A stretch of DNA of 64,000 bases from Ignavibacteriota bacterium (GTDB lineage: Bacteria; Bacteroidota; Ignavibacteria; Palsa-1295), in the NCBI GenBank assembly GCA_963787835.1, contig CAWBEI010000002.1, forward strand, positions 1,088,001-1,152,000, written 5' to 3'. The notes under the pieces were generated by a model. That model was not told where the DNA came from. It saw only the letters and a list, made by a program, of their open reading frames with translations, and made no database searches. The position numbers and the translations under genes were made by a program. Position 1 is the first letter of the stretch, and every line of letters starts with the position of its first letter. This document shows, in pieces, positions 1 through 8,437 of this stretch.

Positions 1-2
1 AG

Positions 3-1469
3 GTCACTACGCTCATCCGCAAGCACAAGGAAGTTCCATATACTTATACAACGATCGGCAGCACGGCTACCATGCTCGGAACCTCTTCGAGTTCCGGCGA
101 TGTGACCGAAGCAAGCGTGTATGTAAAAATGGTCCCCAAAAAAGATCGAGATATTTCCGGCGAGGATTTTGCCGCTATCCTTCGGCACGAGGTAGCAACG
201 ATCGGTGGCGTTCACACTTATGTATTTACCAATCCGTGGGGTGCGGCGCAAAAAGAGATCCAACTTCAAATCCGTGGCACCAACGATGCCAGCATGGAGC
301 AAGCTGCGGAGATGATCCAGAACGTTATTCGAAATACCAAAGGCGCAGTGGATGTCGCGCTTTCCACGAAAGGACAAAAACCGGAGATCGAAGTGAATCT
401 TCGTCGTGGTCTTATCGGATCGATGGGACTTACCGCCGGACAAACAGCGCAATCGCTTATGCCTGCTTTCGCGGGACTTAAGACTGGCGATTGGGTAGAT
501 CCAACCGGTAAAACGCGTGATGTTACAGTGCGTCTTGCTGCATCATCCAGACAAAATGCGGCTGACTTATTGCAAGTACCGATCGTGGTCTCACCCGGTG
601 CTGGGCAAGGTGGTCAGCAACCCCCTCCTGGAGCTATTCCTCCCGTTGGTGCGGCGATGGGTGGTTCTGCCGTCGTTCCTCTTGGGCAAATTGCAGATAT
701 TAAACAGAGCCTTGGACCGGCAGAGATTGACCATCTCGATGAGGACCGCGTTATAAATGTTGAAGCAAATACTTCCGGGCGTTCGCTTGGGGAAGTGACG
801 AATGACATTCAAGCAGGCATCGCTAAATTATCGCTTCCGCCGGGAGTGCATATTTCTTCCGGTGCGCAGGCGAAAAATCAAGCAGAAATGTTCGGCTCCA
901 TTTTCGCGGCGCTGGGTTTGGCCATTTTGTTGATGTATTTGATTCTTGTCGTGCAGTTTGGCTCGTTCCTCGATCCGTTGGCGATCCTCCTATCGCTTCC
1001 GCTTTCACTCATTGGCGTCGTGCTCATGCTTATTTTCACGGGCGATGCACTGAACATCATGTCCATGATCGGCGTGATGATGCTCATGGGTATTGTGGCA
1101 AAGAACGCTATCCTGCTTATTGATTTTGCAAAAAATCAGCATGAAGCTGGGATGCCACTTCGTGAAGCATTGATCGAAGCAGGCCGCGTTCGTTTGCGAC
1201 CCATTATGATGACGACGCTCGCGCTGGTTGCCGGGATGGTTCCGGTTGCCATCGGCTGGGGTGAAGGAGCAGATTTCCGCGCGCCTCTTGGCCGCGCCGT
1301 GATCGGCGGCGTTATCACTTCGACGATCCTTACACTCGTCGTAATACCGACGATCTACGAGATCTTTTACGAGTGGCGCGAAAAGCTTGGACGCAGGTTC
1401 CGTAAAAATCCAAAACATCAACCCTCCCATGCGCCGGAAGTACTATCGCCAGTGCAAAATGCAGCGTAA
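3..1469 (+). CDS. RND efflux transporter permease subunit (AcrB/AcrD/AcrF family), 5'-truncated by window edge
   Basis: Frame open from position 3. C-terminal RND motifs GIVAKNAILLIDF, RLRPIMMTTLA, PLGRAVIGG and TSTILTLVVIP. Confidence 0.93.
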   Translation, partial: VTTLIRKHKEVPYTYTTIGSTATMLGTSSSSGDVTEASVYVKMVPKKDRDISGEDFAAILRHEVATIGGVHTYVFTNPWGAAQKEIQLQIRGTNDASMEQAAEMIQNVIRNTKGAVDVALSTKGQKPEIEVNLRRGLIGSMGLTAGQTAQSLMPAFAGLKTGDWVDPTGKTRDVTVRLAASSRQNAADLLQVPIVVSPGAGQGGQQPPPGAIPPVGAAMGGSAVVPLGQIADIKQSLGPAEIDHLDEDRVINVEANTSGRSLGEVTNDIQAGIAKLSLPPGVHISSGAQAKNQAEMFGSIFAALGLAILLMYLILVVQFGSFLDPLAILLSLPLSLIGVVLMLIFTGDALNIMSMIGVMMLMGIVAKNAILLIDFAKNQHEAGMPLREALIEAGRVRLRPIMMTTLALVAGMVPVAIGWGEGADFRAPLGRAVIGGVITSTILTLVVIPTIYEIFYEWREKLGRRFRKNPKHQPSHAPEVLSPVQNAA

Positions 1470-1658
1470 TTAATTAAGTTGTTTCATTGATTCTGTCGCA
1501 TCGCTAACAGATTCATACCCGCTACAAATCACCACTGGCAGCTTCGGATATTTCGGGAATTGTGGCTCGTCTTTCGATCGTAGGCAGAATATGAATTCGC
1601 TGTCGTGCGATGAGGTAATTCGTTTCACGTGAGCGCAATCATCACAGAGACCATTCAT
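1470..1658 (-). CDS. Small Cys-rich hypothetical protein (CxxC...C...C, possible metal-binding)
   Basis: 62 aa, GLCDDC..FCLRS..FPKYPKLPVVICSGY. Starts 5 nt after the gmhA stop on the same strand. Confidence 0.65.
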   Translation of the reverse strand: MNGLCDDCAHVKRITSSHDSEFIFCLRSKDEPQFPKYPKLPVVICSGYESVSDATESMKQLN

Positions 1659-1663
1659 CCCAT

Positions 1664-2236
1664 TTAGACTTTTTCTGCGTAGAGCCTTTTTTGCAATTCA
1701 ATTGCGACGTAGTGGAAAATTACCGAGTGAACGCTCTCGGATGTACACATATCGTTGAGTGGAACATGCACGGTCGATGCTGCAATTTGCTTAAGCTTTC
1801 CACCTCCAAAGCCTGTCACGCCGACGGTATGTAAACCATTGGCATTCGCCCATTCGATAGCGCCAATTACATTCGGGCTATTCCCGGAACCTGAAATAGC
1901 AATCACAATATCGCCGGGACGAGCGTAGGTTCGTAATTGTTGTTCGAAGATGGAAGCATAGCCTTCATCGTTACCATAAGCGGTCATGAGGGCAACGTTA
2001 TCGGTGAGTGACAAGGCTCGCATCCGTTTAGTTTGATCCATTGAACGGAGGGTACCTTTGGCGAGATCATTTGCAAAATGTGATGCATTCGCTGCGCTAC
2101 CACCATTGCCGATCACAAAAACCGTGCGGTCATTTTCGTATGCATCGACGAGCAGATCAACGAACTCCTGCACTTCCGCATGATTTAGCGAATTGAGCGA
2201 ATTATTAAAATAGGAGATATATTCTTCGAAGGTCAT
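1664..2236 (-). CDS. gmhA: SIS-domain phosphoheptose isomerase (GmhA-like)
   Basis: GNGGSAANASH, TAYGNDEGY, ISGSGNSPNV and TGFGGG motifs. Confidence 0.85.
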   Translation of the reverse strand: MTFEEYISYFNNSLNSLNHAEVQEFVDLLVDAYENDRTVFVIGNGGSAANASHFANDLAKGTLRSMDQTKRMRALSLTDNVALMTAYGNDEGYASIFEQQLRTYARPGDIVIAISGSGNSPNVIGAIEWANANGLHTVGVTGFGGGKLKQIAASTVHVPLNDMCTSESVHSVIFHYVAIELQKRLYAEKV

Positions 2237-2256
2237 TTTTTGAATAAAGTTGAAAG

Positions 2257-2277
2257 CGCATCGCCGACGATGCTTAA
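2257..2277. repeat. 21-nt hairpin repeat CGCATCGCCGACGATGCTTAA
   Basis: Exact reverse complement of 22898-22918. Internal stem GCATCG/CGATGC. Confidence 0.75.
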
Positions 2278-2282
2278 AACAT

Positions 2283-2316
2283 TATCCCTTCATCTTTCAT
2301 CTTTTATATTTCATCG
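2283..2316. repeat. Degenerate heptamer tandem repeat (TTCATCY-type)
   Basis: cttcatctttcatcttttatatttcatc in the intergenic spacer. Same unit type recurs at 4583, 4746, 8317, 8411, 10541 and 13324. Confidence 0.6.
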
Positions 2317-2320
2317 TTTT

Positions 2321-2959
2321 TCAAGTCCCTGGCAGGTTTCTGAGATATTCACTCAGATGTGAACGGCCTCCAATTTTTTCGATGAGCGGGCCTTGTTCGC
2401 CAAATCGTACCACGCTCACCGAACCGACGGGGCAAGCAAGCCGATAACGGAATCGGCCCACGTCAATGCCAATAAGGGAACACAGCGCAATGCGTATCGT
2501 TGCTTTATGCGAGACGATCAGCAGTTTTCCATCATCGAATTCCTCGCGAATTTTCGCGATCACTGCCAAAGCTCGATTGGAAACAGAGATAGCGGATTCC
2601 CCATCCGTTGGAGGATACCACGCAGGGTCAGCGATCCAACTGATATGCTCGTCATGGTAAAGCTTATCGACTTCTTCGACCGTTTTTCCTTCCCATTTTC
2701 CATATCCGATCTCGGTCAATCCCTCATGCGTTCGATGCCGCATTCCGAGTGGCTTCGCGATGATCTCCGCTGTCATCCGTGTTCGTTCCAGGGGACTGGT
2801 ATAAATTGCATTCCAGCGCGTATCTTTGTAAAATGCAGCGAAGGCTCTTGCCATCTCTTCCCCTTCCGCCGTAAGCGGAATGTCAGAGCCCGAACCGCAA
2901 AACTTATTTTCGCGACTGGAATCGGTCTGCCCATGCCGAAGGAAGTATAGCTCGAGCAT
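2321..2959 (-). CDS. Histidine phosphatase (phosphoglycerate mutase-like) family protein
   Basis: LRHGQT, SPLERT, EIGYGKWEG, DGES and VSH motifs. Confidence 0.92.
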   Translation of the reverse strand: MLELYFLRHGQTDSSRENKFCGSGSDIPLTAEGEEMARAFAAFYKDTRWNAIYTSPLERTRMTAEIIAKPLGMRHRTHEGLTEIGYGKWEGKTVEEVDKLYHDEHISWIADPAWYPPTDGESAISVSNRALAVIAKIREEFDDGKLLIVSHKATIRIALCSLIGIDVGRFRYRLACPVGSVSVVRFGEQGPLIEKIGGRSHLSEYLRNLPGT

Positions 2960-2975
2960 TTACTCCTGTGATCTA

Positions 2976-3965
2976 TTACCAGCGATAGCGCCGCTGATTA
3001 AAAATGATCGTTGCGCCAAAATTATCGAGCATCACCGGCATTTGCCGGTAGTCCGAAAGTGCTTCTCGCACGTTTGACTGATGCTCCGGCCGAACATAAA
3101 GCAACAGGAACCCTCCGCCACCGGCTCCCGCAACTTTTCCGCCCATCGCTCCTGCGGCTTGTGCTCGCTGATACATATCGTCGATGCGGGATGTAGTGAT
3201 GCCAGAAGCAAGCTTCTTTTTCAGCGTCCAATTCTCATCTAAAACTTCCCCGATCTCATCGAATCGCCTCGCTCGTATTGCCTCTTCGATCCGTTTGCCG
3301 AGTGCATGGATCGCTTGCAAATGAGCCCGATTCGATGATGTTTTGTCCCGCTGTTCTCTCAGGATGGTCGATGCCTGTCTGGTGATATTCGTAAAAAACA
3401 GCATGAACCTGCCGCCAAGATTGTGCCGCTCTTGCTCGGAGAGTCCCAATTGCTCCGTCGTGACGCGCTCCGAGCCGTGGAACGTTATTGCCGATAGCCC
3501 TCCGTGAGCCGCAATATACTGATCCTGTTTGCCGATCGGTTTCTTTAGGATCTCGATCTCGATCGCGCAGGCTTCTTCAGCAAGCCGGTCGTGAGTAACT
3601 TGCTCGCCGATGAACGTGTACATCGCATTCAACAACCCTACAGTAAGGCTGCTGGAGGAACCTAATCCGGAACCCTCCGATGGAATATCGGCAAAGGTTG
3701 CAAGCTCAAAACCATTGCGAAGTCCCGCCATGATGCCGGCCTCGCGCACCAGCTCGTGTTGGATCTCCGAAATATCATCGACGATCTCCTTGCGAGCTGC
3801 GTAATTCAGATAGATCTTCGAATCGAACCGCTCCTTGATAAGCACATAGACGTACTTATCAATGGCGGTGGAAACGACAAAGCCATCGGAATCTTTGTAA
3901 TATTCGCGTAAGTCGGTTCCTCCTCCGGCAAGACTGATTCGTAACGGTGTCTGACTAATGAGCAT
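2976..3965 (-). CDS. hddA: GHMP-family sugar kinase, D-glycero-D-manno-heptose-7-phosphate kinase-like
   Basis: TPLRISLAGGGTD, PSEGSGLGSSS, IGKQDQY and GGKVAGAGGGGF motifs. Clustered with gmhA. Confidence 0.8.
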   Translation of the reverse strand: MLISQTPLRISLAGGGTDLREYYKDSDGFVVSTAIDKYVYVLIKERFDSKIYLNYAARKEIVDDISEIQHELVREAGIMAGLRNGFELATFADIPSEGSGLGSSSSLTVGLLNAMYTFIGEQVTHDRLAEEACAIEIEILKKPIGKQDQYIAAHGGLSAITFHGSERVTTEQLGLSEQERHNLGGRFMLFFTNITRQASTILREQRDKTSSNRAHLQAIHALGKRIEEAIRARRFDEIGEVLDENWTLKKKLASGITTSRIDDMYQRAQAAGAMGGKVAGAGGGGFLLLYVRPEHQSNVREALSDYRQMPVMLDNFGATIIFNQRRYRW

Positions 3966-3967
3966 CT

Positions 3968-4061
3968 TTGTAGTCGTGACCTTCAGGTCACGGCGAAATC
4001 TCTATTCTATCTAAAACATTTTCTTCACTTCGCGACCGTGACCAAAAGGTCACGGCAACAA
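3968..4061. repeat. Inverted REP doublet (REPIN-like), GTAG class
   Basis: GTAG-t-CGTGACC-ttca-GGTCACG at 3970-3992, and inverted copy CCGTGACC-aaaa-GGTCACGG-CAAC at 4036-4059. Confidence 0.75.
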
Positions 4062-4084
4062 GGCTTGGATTCTTCATACTTCCT

Positions 4085-4519
4085 TTAGCCAGAACTCCTC
4101 TCCAGTTCTGTTCTAATTCTTTCCGCAATATCTTCCATTTCCTGATCCGGTATTTCCCGAAGGATCTTCGGATCGGGAAGCTCGCCATGGCCATCGTCTT
4201 CGAAACGTGGCACGAGATGGATATGCGCGTGCGGCACGCTGATGCCGCCCGTATCGGCGATGACCCACTCCGTATCGAACACCACTTGCAGCGCCTTGGC
4301 GATCCGCTGCGCCCGCGCCATGAGGAAACCCAGATCGGATCGATCCATATCCCACACCCAGCGGCGATGATTTTTCGGCATCACCTGCGTATGGCCCGGA
4401 TTCAGAGGATACCGGTCCAGGAAACCCAGAAATTCCGGATCCTCATAGACGATCTGGTGAGGATTCGTACCCCGTATAATATCGCAGAATACGCAATCGG
4501 CTGACAAAGTTGGCGGCAT
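4085..4519 (-). CDS. HIT (histidine triad) family protein
   Basis: CVFC, PLNPGH and HAHIHLVPR motifs. Start taken at ATG 4519. Confidence 0.93.
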   Translation of the reverse strand: MPPTLSADCVFCDIIRGTNPHQIVYEDPEFLGFLDRYPLNPGHTQVMPKNHRRWVWDMDRSDLGFLMARAQRIAKALQVVFDTEWVIADTGGISVPHAHIHLVPRFEDDGHGELPDPKILREIPDQEMEDIAERIRTELERSSG

Positions 4520-4582
4520 AGTGGCATTCTTAACAGCACCGCGCTGCAATTCCTTCCAGCTTCCTACCCATCACACTCCCCA

Positions 4583-4778
4583 TTTCATCCTTCATCCTTC
4601 ATCCTTTCCCCAAGACATAGGTGCCCATTAAACACAATTGAATTGTCATTTAATGAACTATATTTCACTTTCCATCAACTATTCATTAATTTCTTCAGGA
4701 AAATTAATGTCATCTCGATTTTCAATGAACTGCACTTTCCCCCCATTTCATACTTCATAATTCAAACTTCATACCTTC
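4583..4778. repeat. Two heptamer tracts (TTCATCC x3; TTCATAC-like x4)
   Basis: ttcatccttcatccttcatcc at ~4584-4604 and ttcatacttcataattcaaacttcatac at ~4747-4774. Each is preceded by a C-run and followed shortly by AGGTGCC. Confidence 0.7.
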
Positions 4779-4914
4779 CTGAAACAGGTGCCTATCATCT
4801 CACCACCTAATATACGACACTTTTCCGAGACGCCACGAAATTCGAAATTTTCTTCCTCGCGTAGGTCGGTGCTTCCAGCCCGCCCCAAGTGGCGGAGCTA
4901 CGGAGTACTCGCCG

Positions 4915-4961
4915 CCCAGGGTGTTGCAAGCATCGCCCACGATGCGAAGCGGAACCCTGGG
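4915..4961. repeat. Nested palindrome CCCAGGGT...GCATCG-ccca-CGATGC...ACCCTGGG
   Basis: Outer 8-bp and inner 6-bp inverted repeats are visible. The inner stem matches the hairpins at 2257 and 22898. Confidence 0.65.
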
Positions 4962-5034
4962 AATGCAAGGTGGCACATTTAATGAACGTTCTCTCATCAT
5001 CGTTGCAATATGTAGCATTAAGGGGACAATCAAT

Positions 5035-5589
5035 ATGAAGACGATCATACTCACCATTCTACTTGGAACTCCCATCGTCACATTCGCGCAAAAGCCAGCC
5101 ACTCATGTGGTAAAAGCTCCCCGCGCCGGAGATACAATTTGGCCTGGTTCGCCAGAGTGGATACATGCGGGTTCCCCTCGTAATGCGTCAACAGGAGACT
5201 CGGTCTTACTCTTATGCGGTACCGATGGCAAACTGCATCCTCTTGGATATGCGATCGAGGATTCAGGTGGTATGTGGGTAGCCAACACGCCGAAGAACAG
5301 CGAAATGGTAGCGGAGCATAAGGAAATGGTGCGGCTGATAGCGGCCGTACGAAAAATCATACAAGATATGCCTGATAAGAAAATTCCTAGACCTGCTGAG
5401 ATTCAGATTGTAACGGCCAATGCTCCCGATACGGGTTACGACCCCTACAACGTAGTGATGCAATGGGCGGATTCGATTGCAAAGGTTTACGATGATCCGG
5501 ATTTTTATCAATGGGTGAAAAACCATTATCGAACGCAACAACAGGGATTAGATGCATCGCAATTCGATGATCCTCGTGGCAATTCATAG
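5035..5589 (+). CDS. Hypothetical secreted protein
   Basis: Signal peptide MKTIILTILLGTPIVTFAQ after an AGGGG RBS. No recognisable domain. Confidence 0.7.
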   Translation: MKTIILTILLGTPIVTFAQKPATHVVKAPRAGDTIWPGSPEWIHAGSPRNASTGDSVLLLCGTDGKLHPLGYAIEDSGGMWVANTPKNSEMVAEHKEMVRLIAAVRKIIQDMPDKKIPRPAEIQIVTANAPDTGYDPYNVVMQWADSIAKVYDDPDFYQWVKNHYRTQQQGLDASQFDDPRGNS

Positions 5590-5629
5590 GCTCTAATAAT
5601 TTTACGCATAACAATAAGGAGACACCACA

Positions 5630-5815
5630 ATGAAAAAGCAACTTGCATTGCTCATCTGTCTGGTGCTCACGGCTTCGTGCGCACCGACGCTCAATCCACA
5701 TACGGCGGCGTTAATGGCCGCAGACTATCGCGTGACCGGGCCGAAGTGTCCGCCCATCACGGATTCGATCCGGCGGGCGAATATGAGGGCGTTCTTCGGC
5801 GACACTACCAAATAA
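5630..5815 (+). CDS. Small putative lipoprotein
   Basis: AAGGAG RBS and lipobox-like LVLTASC. Confidence 0.65.
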   Translation: MKKQLALLICLVLTASCAPTLNPHTAALMAADYRVTGPKCPPITDSIRRANMRAFFGDTTK

Positions 5816-5833
5816 TAATAAGGAGAAACCACA

Positions 5834-6073
5834 ATGAAAAAGCTACTTGCAATAATTAGCTTAATTCTCGTGCTAACTGCTGACGGGGCGTTCGCGCAAG
5901 TTCACGTTCGCGGACATTACAATCACAGGACGGGTACTTACGTTATGCCGCACTACCGCACTGCGCCCGATCACACGCGTCTCAACAATTGGAGCACGAG
6001 AGGGAATTACAATCCGTTTACGGGAAAGCGGGGTAGCGCCGATCCACTTCTAAAGTTCCTAAGACGGAAATAA
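5834..6073 (+). CDS. Small secreted hypothetical protein (VRGHY..GTYVxPHYRT..NWSTxGNxNPxTG type)
   Basis: AAGGAG RBS and signal peptide ending AFA-Q. The motif resembles a widespread uncharacterised small-protein family. Confidence 0.75.
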   Translation: MKKLLAIISLILVLTADGAFAQVHVRGHYNHRTGTYVMPHYRTAPDHTRLNNWSTRGNYNPFTGKRGSADPLLKFLRRK

Positions 6074-6124
6074 AGTTTTGACTTAGGCACGTAACTTATG
6101 TAAAATTTATTTTAAATAACCATT

Positions 6125-6673
6125 ATGCTACTTTTAATTGCATTCGCGTTTGCTATCGTCCATGTTGCGCTAAAGCCTCTGGCTGATGGCCTATACGATA
6201 CAAGCATGTGGTTAGCCAAGATTATCGGTCCTCCCAGAACTGACGACCCCAAAGTTGATCGACTAAACTTAAAAATCGGTCAAGCCGCTCTTATGGACGG
6301 CTGGTTAAGCAATATCCCTTTTGTAGAGTCAATTCTTCTGCCGGTGGCCACAATTGTAGGATTCATCTATGCTTGGTGGGCCGGACCGGCGGTATTCATA
6401 TTCGACATATTCTTGGGGGTTCTTGCTAATCTTGTTTACGGACGCTCTTGCTCTCACTATCTTTACCTCATCCACATGAAGATGTGCAATAGGGTTGCCG
6501 ATTATCTTGCGAAGGCGGATGAAACCCGCTCTGAAGCAGCTCAATCAATGCTAATAGACATTGAAAAAGTAATGAGCGTATACCATGAATCTCGCCTCAG
6601 ACCTCCAAATTCAAATCAATTGAGGGCAATTGAGTTTGGGGATATCTATGGCTGGCTATTAAAGAATAAATGA
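6125..6673 (+). CDS. Hypothetical membrane protein
   Basis: 182 aa with about three hydrophobic segments. AT-rich. Confidence 0.65.
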   Translation: MLLLIAFAFAIVHVALKPLADGLYDTSMWLAKIIGPPRTDDPKVDRLNLKIGQAALMDGWLSNIPFVESILLPVATIVGFIYAWWAGPAVFIFDIFLGVLANLVYGRSCSHYLYLIHMKMCNRVADYLAKADETRSEAAQSMLIDIEKVMSVYHESRLRPPNSNQLRAIEFGDIYGWLLKNK

Positions 6674-6725
6674 CATCCGTCATTTTTTAAAACGGTGCAA
6701 GTGACGTGTTTGAACACAAACGAAC

Positions 6726-7109
6726 TTACGCGAAGATTTCCTTCCCGCGTCTATAACCTTCGATAATTCCGTGCGCTTTTGCTAACAATCGATCAGAATC
6801 AGCATTAGTTTCAGGCTTCCATAGAGTTGGTACGTTGATGCCATCTCTGGCAAGTAATAGTCCAATCATAAAACCTTCGGATCGAAGCGCTTCTGAATCC
6901 GCAAAACGTATTCGAACCTCTACAGATTTTTTCGATTTTTCATGCACTCGATTGAGCATACCCTTTAGTGCTTTTTCTTTTTCCTTGTTCGCGAATCTGA
7001 TTCTGCTGGCCGCAACGTAGGACCATGTGATCTGTTCAGAGGCTGTCAATACAAAATTATTTAACTTTAACATTGAGGTAGATATCGCTTGTAAAAGTAC
7101 TTGTTTCAA
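6726..7109 (-). CDS. Hypothetical protein
   Basis: 127-aa ORF, start uncertain, no recognised motif. Confidence 0.45.
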   Translation of the reverse strand: MKQVLLQAISTSMLKLNNFVLTASEQITWSYVAASRIRFANKEKEKALKGMLNRVHEKSKKSVEVRIRFADSEALRSEGFMIGLLLARDGINVPTLWKPETNADSDRLLAKAHGIIEGYRRGKEIFA

Positions 7110-7194
7110 CAGACATTGGTAATCTTTGCGTTCCTCTCTTGCTCATCCTCATGAGCACCTACTTAAGCACCACCACGCACTGTCGGTGGGCACT

Positions 7195-7542
7195 TTATGC
7201 TGCAACCCTTCGCGTTCGTTTTGCGGGCGCGCGGCGTGGTTTTGGGGCTGCGGGAGTTTTAACCGTTCGGGGGGCTTTGCTCCAGTAAATGGGAAGATGC
7301 GCGGCAGCGAGAGATTCGTTGACGCGATCGACAACGTTCCCATCAATACGCGAAAAATCGGTTCCGGCGCGGATCAGCGCGTGAATGCGATCGACAATCA
7401 TTTCGGGTCCATCGGGAATGGCAAGCTTGAGATAGCCGGTAGCAACTTCGGGATTGCGAAGTTCTTCATCCAATACGTTGTCTAACGTGCGGTATTCGTT
7501 TTTCGGATCTTGTATTCGTTCCATTTGCTCAATTGGCTCCAT
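7195..7542 (-). CDS. Hypothetical protein resembling the N-terminus of HI1420-type addiction-module antidote proteins
   Basis: LDEELRNPEVATGYLKLAIPDGPEMIVDRIHALIRA pattern, followed by a basic Pro/Arg/Lys tail. Confidence 0.5.
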   Translation of the reverse strand: MEPIEQMERIQDPKNEYRTLDNVLDEELRNPEVATGYLKLAIPDGPEMIVDRIHALIRAGTDFSRIDGNVVDRVNESLAAAHLPIYWSKAPRTVKTPAAPKPRRAPAKRTRRVAA

Positions 7543-7705
7543 TCATAAGATCCTAACGAGAAGGTACTTTAATCTACTCCCTCACACGTTGGGCTACTTA
7601 ATCCCCACCACCACACCCTGTCGGCGTGCGCGTTATGCAGCTACCTTCGTGTTTTTTATCATCTGGGAATGAGTCCACGAAGGTAGAGGTTACTCATTAG
7701 CGCGT

Positions 7706-8068
7706 ATGGATAGGTTACTGATTCGATTCGGGGTAGGGTTCGCCGCTGGGGCGATCATCGCAGCAATAGATAGCTATGCGTTTGGCGGCGAGATCAGCCC
7801 CATCGCCATTGTGATCCTGTTGCTCGGTGGTTCTGTTGTCATGGGGTTTCTGTGGGGCCGTCGTGGATGGGTTGCAGGTTTGGCAATGTGGATCGGCGTT
7901 CCGTTATTCCACGTTTTCAAGCATATATGGCAGTTACCGGATACCCTACAACCCAATACGTATGCCTCGATCCTGCTGTTAGCAGGATTTACGCTGGTCA
8001 TCGTCAGCATCGGCACTGTGGGAGGCGCAATAATGCACAAAGGTATAGTAGATCCACATCGATCCTGA
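7706..8068 (+). CDS. Four-TM hypothetical membrane protein
   Basis: 120 aa with four hydrophobic helices. Confidence 0.75.
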   Translation: MDRLLIRFGVGFAAGAIIAAIDSYAFGGEISPIAIVILLLGGSVVMGFLWGRRGWVAGLAMWIGVPLFHVFKHIWQLPDTLQPNTYASILLLAGFTLVIVSIGTVGGAIMHKGIVDPHRS

Positions 8069-8161
8069 GATGATAATTCCCATCCGTCAGATGGAATTAA
8101 CCCGGCCGTTAATGGGTATAGTATAGGCTCATTTTCACAATCCGAGCGATCTTTACCGTCC

Positions 8162-8329
8162 ATGTGGTTTCTCATCTCGATTCTTGTTTTGTTATGGTTT
8201 ATCGGGATCATTACGTTCGGTTTTACGGCGTACTGGGTACACGGGCTGCTTGTTGTTGCGGTCGTACTTGGTGTTTGGAATATGCTCGCTTCAAAAGTAA
8301 TAAGTATTGGTGGCAAGTATGAGGTATGA
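8162..8329 (+). CDS. lmo0937-family (DUF5670-like) small membrane protein, absent from the ORF track
   Basis: Hand translation: MWFLISILVLLWFIGIITFGFTAYWVHGLLVVAVVLGVWNMLASKVISIGGKYEV* (55 aa), with the LW..G...H.LLV.A pattern. Confidence 0.7.
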   Translation: MWFLISILVLLWFIGIITFGFTAYWVHGLLVVAVVLGVWNMLASKVISIGGKYEV

Positions 8330-8437
8330 AGTATGAAGTATGAACGGGGGAATGGGAAAGTAAAAGCGGTCATGCTATGGGCCGCGTGGGTTCTGCGGGT
8401 ACTTCTTCTTTTCATACTTCATACTTCATACTTCATC
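8317..8437. repeat. Inverted pair of heptamer tracts (GTATGAA x4 ... TTCATAC x3-4)
   Basis: gtatgaggtatgaagtatgaagtatgaa at 8317-8344 and ttcatacttcatacttcatacttcatc at 8411-8437. Confidence 0.8.

Noticed and set aside
4560-4800. Possible CRISPR array
   Set aside because: The repeats are 7-nt tandem units without unique 30-40-nt spacers, and no cas genes are present.
5035-8330. Integron cassette array
   Set aside because: No convincing attC sites (RYYYAAC...GTTRRRY), mixed gene orientation, and no integrase.
7774-8415. 213-aa minus-strand ORF
   Set aside because: It overlaps better-supported plus-strand genes, and its N-terminal part is translated heptamer repeat.
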